The position numbers and the translations under genes are program-made. DNA of 59,464 nucleotides, filler included. It is 8 parts of 8 records of this genome, joined end to end, with 100 filler letters (N's around TTAATTAATTAA, not from the genome) between each part and the next. Parts side by side here need not be neighbours in the genome. Positions count along the whole stretch, not along the records: positions 45,002 to 59,464 come from SRR31147125_42068; 7 more parts are not named here. One strand, written 5' to 3'. Positions 52,556-59,464 of the stretch are shown piece after piece. Position 1 is the first letter of the stretch. Every line of letters begins with the position of its first letter. Under the pieces are notes generated by a model, which saw only the letters and a program-made list of their open reading frames with translations, was not told the DNA's origin and ran no database searches.

Positions 52556-54613
52556 CTAAATACTCAGTTTTTTAACAGCGTATCTTGTCGTCACAATATC
52601 AAAAACAAGCCGAGATACAACAATAGCCGTAAACATACTTGCAATAATACCTATTGAAAGAGTCAGTGCAAAACCCTTAATCGGTCCTGTTCCAAAGCTA
52701 TAAAGAACGACAGCTGTGATTAGTGTTGTAACATTCGCATCCAGGATTGTCTTAAACGCTCTGTTGTATCCGCTATCAATAGCAGCGCGGATGGTTTTGC
52801 CGGTACGTAGCTCTTCCCGGATTCTCTCAAATATAAGAACATTGGCATCCACTGCCATACCGATTGTCAATATAAGTCCAGCAATACCCGGCAGTGTCAG
52901 GGTGGCATTAAATCCAGCCATGACTGCAAGTACAAATATAATATTTAATATTAAGGCAAAATCAGCAACAACTCCAGAAGCACGATAATAAATGATCATA
53001 AATATAATGACCAGTAAAAGACCTATAATGACAGAACGCTGTCCCTTACTTATAGAATCATGACCAAGAGAGGGACCAACTGTGTTTTCTGTAATAACAT
53101 GCACAGGGGCGGGCAAAGCACCGGCTCTTAATACAAGCGCCAGATCTTTAGCTTCCTCCATACCACCCATTCCTGTAATGGTGCCGCTACCTGACGGAAT
53201 TTTATCTTTAATATTCGGTGCGGATTTAACCCGACCATCAAGAACAATGGCTAATTGTTTCCCAACATTCATACCTGTCACTCTGGCAAAGGTTTTCGTA
53301 CCATCACCATTTAGCTCAAAATGGACTTCGGCATCACCAGCCGAAAAAGTTTGGGATCCACTTGATATTTGGACATTTGCGTTCTTTAACATAGAACCAA
53401 GCAATTCAGCTTCTTTTTTAACCAGGTATAATCTCTGATATTCGTTCTCACCCTGAAAAAAAGTGTCCATAGCCCAGACAAACTGAGCATCACTTGGTAT
53501 TACTTCCTGTACCTCTGGTAAATGCAAAATATGTTGCACAGCTCGTTCATTTTGCATGGCAACAGAAATCACCCCAGAATATCGGCCTCCAAGCCCAACC
53601 AGTAAGGATGTAAATGGTTTTTCTTCAAATGTTTTTTTATCTACCAACAAGGACGTGTCTTGAGCAGCATCACCTTCATTTTCATCGCCACCGAACAAAT
53701 CACTCAAACTGACTTCTTCCTGCTCAGCCTGACTACCATCAACAATTTCAGAAGAATCAGGGGTCACGATGTCCTGTGCACTCTGATCCCCACGACGCTT
53801 TATACGCATTACCCGGTCGATATCATTTAAAACAGACCATACAATTTCCGAATCTTTAACGAGCTTGAATTCCAAAAGAGCTGTCGTACCGATAATATTT
53901 TTAGCGCGCTGAATATTCTGAATTCCAGCCAATTCAACAACAATTCGATTGTCACCCTCTTTTTGTATAGAAGGTTCTGAAACACCAAATTGATCAATTC
54001 GGTTACGAATTTTTTCAAGCGTTCTATCTACAGCATCTTCAGCTTGTTTTTTAAGCTCATCGACAATATCACCATCCGATTGACCTTTTTTGCCATAATA
54101 TCGATTAAGCTTGATATTGCGATCTTTAAAATTTCTTTCAAGGGCAACAAAAAAATCATCCCCGTCTTCTTCAACGGCTCGTTGTGTCGCCTTGACTATA
54201 TCTTCTAATCTTTCATCTTTGTTTTTTACAAAATCCTGAAGCAAAAGCAAATTTGGCAGATCAACTTCATAAATAAGATAGGTTCCACCCTGCAAATCCA
54301 GCCCCTGGCGGATAGCTTTTCCTTCGACCTTGTCAATCTTTCCGCTCAACTTGATAAGTTCACTACTCTGTTTTAAAGCGGTTTCAAGGGTATCTCCCTG
54401 ACACGTTTCACGTACTAACGATTCCAAATTTCCTTCAGTAATCGCGGCAACAAGGTCACCTCGTTCAAGATTCGTTAGATTTTGAATCCCCTCCACCAAT
54501 TTTGACTCATTATTTTGCAAACTCCCCAACTGAATAGTTGGATAGAGCGAGACGACTGCCCCTACAATGAGTGCGACGATGAGGGTAAGCTTTATTAGTT
54601 GATTCTTTTGCAT
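52556..54613 (-). CDS. secD: Protein translocase subunit SecD
   Basis: GLDLQGG, RNRIDQFGVSEP, LRAGALPAP, VGPSLG, GMAVDANVLIFERIREE. Confidence 0.97.
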   Translation of the reverse strand: MQKNQLIKLTLIVALIVGAVVSLYPTIQLGSLQNNESKLVEGIQNLTNLERGDLVAAITEGNLESLVRETCQGDTLETALKQSSELIKLSGKIDKVEGKAIRQGLDLQGGTYLIYEVDLPNLLLLQDFVKNKDERLEDIVKATQRAVEEDGDDFFVALERNFKDRNIKLNRYYGKKGQSDGDIVDELKKQAEDAVDRTLEKIRNRIDQFGVSEPSIQKEGDNRIVVELAGIQNIQRAKNIIGTTALLEFKLVKDSEIVWSVLNDIDRVMRIKRRGDQSAQDIVTPDSSEIVDGSQAEQEEVSLSDLFGGDENEGDAAQDTSLLVDKKTFEEKPFTSLLVGLGGRYSGVISVAMQNERAVQHILHLPEVQEVIPSDAQFVWAMDTFFQGENEYQRLYLVKKEAELLGSMLKNANVQISSGSQTFSAGDAEVHFELNGDGTKTFARVTGMNVGKQLAIVLDGRVKSAPNIKDKIPSGSGTITGMGGMEEAKDLALVLRAGALPAPVHVITENTVGPSLGHDSISKGQRSVIIGLLLVIIFMIIYYRASGVVADFALILNIIFVLAVMAGFNATLTLPGIAGLILTIGMAVDANVLIFERIREELRTGKTIRAAIDSGYNRAFKTILDANVTTLITAVVLYSFGTGPIKGFALTLSIGIIASMFTAIVVSRLVFDIVTTRYAVKKLSI

Positions 54614-54785
54614 AGACACCAAACCTCCAAAACCATATTAATTACATATCCGATCAATATAGTTTTTTTCACCATAAAAGTCAACTCAAAAACTCAAGAA
54701 TCAATAACCTGAGACGTTCAACTTGACGATTTTATGAGTTATATACTTGTTTTTGATCTTTAAATAAACGATTATTTTGTATTAT

Positions 54786-56336
54786 TTATATTCTAGGCAC
54801 CAATTTCCGCACAACATCAATAATCGTCCCGTCACGATATTCAACCAGAGCAATAATATCTTTTTCAAATTCAGGCTTTTCCGGTACCCCTGTCATTCTC
54901 ATAGCGAGATCGTGCAATTCCTCAATGGACCGAAGAGGAATATCGGTTCCCTTGATTTTTTCTAACAAATCAACACGTTTAGGATTTATAGCAATACCTC
55001 TCTCCGTCACAATGACATCCACTGATTCACCAGGTGCTGTCACAGTGACAACATTTTCCACGATAATCGGCAAACGGTTTCTCACAAGAGGAGCAGTAAT
55101 AAGTGTAACCCGGGCATCAGCTGCATCGGAAAATCCACCAATCCCATGTAACAACCAACCGTCCGAGTGTGTATTGACATTAACATTAAAATCAAGATCA
55201 ATTTCGGTTGCTCCCAGCACAGAGGCTTTGACCATATGCGCAAAACAGCCTTTTGTATGATAATTATAGGAAACAAACGGATTTGTTTCGATGTGATTCG
55301 GATTTTCTCTCAGAGACCGAATACCCTCAAGGTCGAAACTTTGGCCATCCAGAATATATCGGGTTAATCCATTTTCCAGCATCTCAACCATAAAAGATGT
55401 CGATCCGCCGCGGACAAAATCAGCAATAACTCCCTTTTCCTGCATCATCTCGCTCATAAACTTTACAAATGCTAAAGACACGCCCCCAGCCCCAGCCTGA
55501 AATGAAAAATGTGGCTCAAACATTATCCCGCTCTCAGAGACAAACCGAGCCGCATATTCCGCAATCAACAATCGAGTGGGACTGCGCGTAATACGCGTTG
55601 TACCGGATACAATTTGAGAAGGATCACCAAGACTCTCTATTTTAACCACATAATCGACATGACCGCCTTCGATGCTCCAGGGATAACAAGGAAACGGTAC
55701 CAAATTATCCGTCACCACAACAACCTTGTCTGCCCATAAAGAATCAGCAAGAGCAAAACCAAGTGGACCACATGCGGATTTTCCATGAACACCATTGGCA
55801 TTGCCGTGTGCATCTGCACATGGAGCCGCAATAAAAGCAACATCAATATGCAAATCACCATCCTGTATCGCTCTGTATCGCCCGCCATGAGATCTTAATA
55901 CAGCTACTTTTTTCATCTTTCCAAGCGAGCAGGCTTTTCCAACAGGTCCATTCATGGATCCTTCAATATGAGAAATAACACCGCGTTCAATATAATCCAC
56001 CAATTTTTCGTGAACCGGGAAAAGTGCGGATGGAGCCAGAACAAGATCTTTCAGCCCACGTTCAGCCAATTTTTCAAGTACCATATTGACCAAAACATCC
56101 CCGTTTCGCAAATGGTGATGAAAGGACAAAGTCATCCCATCTTTAATCTCGCAGGCATCCAGCGCTTCATCTAACCCGGACAATAACTTTTTACGATATT
56201 GTATATCGACATGAATTTGACCGGCATATTGTTTTCCGCCACCCTGGTTTGCATATATGCCCATAAAAGGATTATATTTTTTGTTATCTATTTCCGTTGG
56301 AACCAGACGACCAATTGCGTTCTTTATCATTTTCAT
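54786..56336 (-). CDS. citF: Citrate lyase alpha subunit (citrate CoA/ACP transferase)
   Basis: DGMTLSFHHHLRNGD, RSHGGR, LHIDVAFI, FQAGAGG, LGATEIDLDFNVNV, GIGGFSD, VTERGIAINP, VEYRDG. Confidence 0.92.
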   Translation of the reverse strand: MKMIKNAIGRLVPTEIDNKKYNPFMGIYANQGGGKQYAGQIHVDIQYRKKLLSGLDEALDACEIKDGMTLSFHHHLRNGDVLVNMVLEKLAERGLKDLVLAPSALFPVHEKLVDYIERGVISHIEGSMNGPVGKACSLGKMKKVAVLRSHGGRYRAIQDGDLHIDVAFIAAPCADAHGNANGVHGKSACGPLGFALADSLWADKVVVVTDNLVPFPCYPWSIEGGHVDYVVKIESLGDPSQIVSGTTRITRSPTRLLIAEYAARFVSESGIMFEPHFSFQAGAGGVSLAFVKFMSEMMQEKGVIADFVRGGSTSFMVEMLENGLTRYILDGQSFDLEGIRSLRENPNHIETNPFVSYNYHTKGCFAHMVKASVLGATEIDLDFNVNVNTHSDGWLLHGIGGFSDAADARVTLITAPLVRNRLPIIVENVVTVTAPGESVDVIVTERGIAINPKRVDLLEKIKGTDIPLRSIEELHDLAMRMTGVPEKPEFEKDIIALVEYRDGTIIDVVRKLVPRI

Positions 56337-56402
56337 TACGCACCCCTTTTCACTCTTTTGTCAAAACCTTTACAAACAGATTTATTTTTAACAGAGTATG
56401 GC

Positions 56403-57641
56403 TTAATCGCTTTTCTTGGCCAATAAGAGTATTCGCTTTGCTCTTGCAGCAACCGGAGCATCTATCATTTTCGAACCCAGGGTTGCGACTCCTGAGCCTC
56501 TGGCTTCTGCTGCATCCATGGCTTCCATTATACGCTGAGCGTATTCTACGTCCTCTTTGGTCGGAACAAACACATCATGAACAGGTTTTATTTGCGACGG
56601 GTGAAGAACGCCTTTACCATCAAAACCCAGACTCCTGGCCTCCTTTGCGCTATGGATCAATCCTTCTGAATCCTGTACATCTGAAAAAACCGTATCAATA
56701 GCCTGAATGCCAGCTGCTTTGGCTGCCATAACAAGAATACTTCTTGCCACAAAACTTTCACGTCCATCAAGAGTTCGTTCAGCGCCAATGTCTGCTGTGA
56801 AATCCTCTGCGCCGAAACAAAGTGCGACATTGCGATCACTTGCAAAGGCAATATCTGGTGCATTTAGTATACCCTTTGCGCTTTCTATCAATGGCATCAA
56901 AAAAATGGGCCTGCTTAGTTTTGCCTGGTTTTCGTAAAACACGACTTTTTCTTCTACCAACGATACATCCATGGCAGATTCGCATTTTGGTATCAAAATG
57001 GTATCAGGGGCGGCCGGAACAATCGCTTCCAGATCATGTTCTCCATATGGGGAACTAATCGGATTAATCCTGACGATCCTCTCAGACGTGCCAAAATCAA
57101 CTGTTCGTAGCGTATTCCGAACCAAAATTCGGGCGGCTGCTTTCTCCTGGGGAGCGACAGAATCTTCAAGATCTAAAATGATACAATCCGCAGCAAAAAG
57201 ACCTGCGTTAAGAGCCAGATCAGGGTTATTGCCAGGTAAATAAAGACGGGTGCGTCTGAGACGATCTCTGGAGTTAGGATTCGCTTGAATTTTCATTTCA
57301 GGTAAAAGACCAGGTTTGGGCAGGTTTTTGATTTGACGCAGAGCCGCTTCCAATCGTGCCAGGATCACATGATCCAGGGCGCCATGGTCATCTATTCGAA
57401 TAATCATATCGTCAACACCCAAACAGGCTGTGGCCATCCCAACGAGTTTGTCAATGTGACCACCAAAAAGAGTTTTTACCGAACTCTCAATCTCGATAAC
57501 AAGCCCACCCCCCTTTTGGCTCTCAACGTTAATAATGACGTCTCCCTTGTTACTACTACCAGCGCTGGCGGTGTCGGAATACGTTTTACTGGACATTTTT
57601 TCCAGTTCATTATCATCAAATTCGATCTTCATTAGTCCCAT
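56403..57641 (-). CDS. citE: Fused citrate lyase ACP-like domain (CitD) + citryl-CoA lyase beta subunit (CitE)
   Basis: N-terminal AG....GDV...IESSVKTLFG...DHGALD..ILARLEAA (CitD-like), then RRTRLYLPGNNP, ILDLEDSV, VRIN, IPKCE, FGAEDF, GFDGKGVLHPSQ, MIDAP (CitE). Confidence 0.88.
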   Translation of the reverse strand: MGLMKIEFDDNELEKMSSKTYSDTASAGSSNKGDVIINVESQKGGGLVIEIESSVKTLFGGHIDKLVGMATACLGVDDMIIRIDDHGALDHVILARLEAALRQIKNLPKPGLLPEMKIQANPNSRDRLRRTRLYLPGNNPDLALNAGLFAADCIILDLEDSVAPQEKAAARILVRNTLRTVDFGTSERIVRINPISSPYGEHDLEAIVPAAPDTILIPKCESAMDVSLVEEKVVFYENQAKLSRPIFLMPLIESAKGILNAPDIAFASDRNVALCFGAEDFTADIGAERTLDGRESFVARSILVMAAKAAGIQAIDTVFSDVQDSEGLIHSAKEARSLGFDGKGVLHPSQIKPVHDVFVPTKEDVEYAQRIMEAMDAAEARGSGVATLGSKMIDAPVAARAKRILLLAKKSD

Positions 57642-57937
57642 CCTTTTTAAATGAAAACATCTTTTATTATCAATATTTTCTTATGAGAACGAGATAAAAT
57701 CCGCAACATCGTAACAATTATAAAAATGACAGAATATTATTGCAAAGAACCTCAATCCATGGGTTATACATGAAAACTTTATGATTACTAATATATTAAA
57801 CTTAAAAAACTATCTTTAAAAATCAATCACGTTTTAAATACAATCAATTTTAATAAAAACATTTTTGTATTTTATTACACTTTAGTATATTATAGATTGA
57901 AATTTGGCGAAAACACAATCCGTAAAAGGATCACTTT

Positions 57938-59350
57938 ATGGGAAAAGAATTTCCCCGATCGGCATCTCTGTTAGAATCCCTCATTCCTGTTTTCCTGATG
58001 ATCAGTTTTCTTGGCATCAATGTTTTTATATATCACAGCAGCCCCCATATTCCACTCATTGGTGGCACTGTAATAGCGTCCCTAATCGGGCTTCGACTGG
58101 GATATACATGGAAACAGGTTGAAAGTGGTATCGTCGGTGGTATTACAATTGCCATGCAAGCCTGCCTGATTCTGATGGTAATCGGTATGCTCATTGGCAC
58201 ATGGATCCTGAGCGGTATCGTCCCGACTATGATCTATTACGGTTTGCAAATATTGTCCCCGTCCATATTTCTGGTGGCCACCTGCCTCATCTGTTCCATG
58301 GTGTCGCTGGCAACGGGAAGCTCCTGGTCAACAGCAGGTACTGTGGGAATCGCTCTTGTCGGCGTCGGCCAGGGACTTGGGATCCCTTTACAAATGGTAG
58401 CAGGAGCTATCATATCGGGCTCCTATTTTGGGGATAAAATGTCACCTCTCTCTGATACGACAAACCTGGCCCCGGCTGTGGCAGGTTCTGATATGTTTAG
58501 CCATATTCGGCATATGATATTCACAACCGGACCCAGTTTTATCATTGCACTGATACTTTATGCGTTACTGGGATTAAGATACGGTAATGAATCATTACAA
58601 TATGATGCCCTGGATCAAATTCTTTCTGCCATAAACTCCCATTTTCATATTACGCCTGCATTATTAATTCCACCGATCCTGGTTATTGCTATGGTCATTT
58701 TTCGCATTCCTGCTTTGCCAGCATTGCTTGGGGGAGCCATTTTGGGTGGAATTTTTGCCATATTATTTCAGAATGCCTCACTTGGCCAGGTGCTTGGCGT
58801 TGCTCAAAACGGATTTGTATCACAATCCGGTATTGAAGCTGTGGATAATTTACTAAGCCGCGGAGGTATGGAAAGTATGTTATCTACTGTCGCACTTATT
58901 ATCTGCGCGCTCTCATTTGGTGGTGCGATGGAACAGACAGGTATGCTGGGCATTATTGCAACCGCTATACTCCGCCTGGCTAAAAATACAGGAACGCTGG
59001 TTATGTCCACAGTATTAACATGTATTAGCATGAATATCATTGCTCCGGATCAATATTTATCCATCATTGTGCCCGGTCGTATGTATCGTGAGGCATTTAA
59101 ACGATCCGGTCTGGCGTCTAAAAATCTTTCCCGATGCCTTGAAGATGGTGGTACTCTTAGTTCTTCCCTCATCCCATGGAATACCGGCGGTGCTTACATG
59201 TGGGCCACTCTTGGAGTTTACCCATTTGCCTATCTGCCTTTTGCCTTTTTAAATATCGTCAATCCGCTTCTTTCCATCATTTACGGATTTACAGGATTTA
59301 CCATGAAAAGGATCGATCCTGATGAAGAAAATAGCAACGAAACAGAGTAA
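57938..59350 (+). CDS. nhaC: NhaC-family Na+/H+ antiporter (family includes organic acid/amino acid transporters)
   Basis: GTWILSGIVPTMIYYG, ATGSSWSTAGTVG, GAIISGSYFGDKMSPLSDTTNLA, LSRGGM, LSRCLEDGGT, LIPWN. Confidence 0.92.
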   Translation: MGKEFPRSASLLESLIPVFLMISFLGINVFIYHSSPHIPLIGGTVIASLIGLRLGYTWKQVESGIVGGITIAMQACLILMVIGMLIGTWILSGIVPTMIYYGLQILSPSIFLVATCLICSMVSLATGSSWSTAGTVGIALVGVGQGLGIPLQMVAGAIISGSYFGDKMSPLSDTTNLAPAVAGSDMFSHIRHMIFTTGPSFIIALILYALLGLRYGNESLQYDALDQILSAINSHFHITPALLIPPILVIAMVIFRIPALPALLGGAILGGIFAILFQNASLGQVLGVAQNGFVSQSGIEAVDNLLSRGGMESMLSTVALIICALSFGGAMEQTGMLGIIATAILRLAKNTGTLVMSTVLTCISMNIIAPDQYLSIIVPGRMYREAFKRSGLASKNLSRCLEDGGTLSSSLIPWNTGGAYMWATLGVYPFAYLPFAFLNIVNPLLSIIYGFTGFTMKRIDPDEENSNETE

Positions 59351-59464
59351 ATCAATTTTTAATAAAATATTACGTTTAAAACGAAAGGACATGTTATGCC
59401 ATTTTCACAGCTCTCACGACGAGAATTTTCTAAAAAATTGGTAGCGTATAATTAACTGTTGCTA

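Noticed and set aside
59396-59464. Tat-signal protein start (MPFSQLSRREF...) after nhaC
   Set aside because: There is a plausible RBS and twin-arginine motif, but the frame stops after 19 codons and the window ends, so it cannot be supported.

Overview
This window is not one locus. It is eight unrelated contigs joined by an artificial 100-bp linker (44 N + TTAATTAATTAA + 44 N) at 7210, 12750, 18475, 24551, 32611, 39497 and 44902. The sequence carries many small indels, mostly in homopolymer runs, that split or fuse genes (fecR, a flavin-reductase-like gene, rlmD, hsdM/hsdS, an HNH nuclease, atpA, ubiD and a lamin-tail protein). Contig 1 (Bacteroidota-like): FecR/ECF sigma pair, BNR/sialidase-like lipoprotein, and a PL11 rhamnogalacturonan lyase with PATR repeats and a T9SS tail. 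Contig 2: uvrC, a YgjP-like protein, a flavin-reductase-like/PCP_red protein, rlmD, aldehyde dehydrogenase. Contig 3: defence island with type I R-M hsdM/hsdS, a putative endonuclease and a divergent HNH nuclease behind an attenuator-like leader. Contig 4: F-type ATP synthase operon atpE-F'-F-H-A-G. Its c subunit has a two-carboxylate Na+ motif, both b subunits carry large extra N-terminal, probably periplasmic, domains, and alpha has a long insertion; this is the most novel-looking system here. Contig 5: a >2650-aa, very acidic Ig-repeat T9SS cargo protein. Contig 6: UbiD, GAF/MsrC-like, DUF4870, WbuC cupin, RelE/ParE toxin-antitoxin pair, hisS, hutH. Contig 7: SusC/SusD and a sulfatase remnant. 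Contig 8: lamin-tail/FlgD protein, YihY, purA, STAS, secF, secD, citF, a CitD-CitE fusion lacking the canonical carrier serine, and an NhaC-family transporter. No rRNA, tRNA or CRISPR array was recognised. All calls come from motif recognition by eye; no database searches were run.
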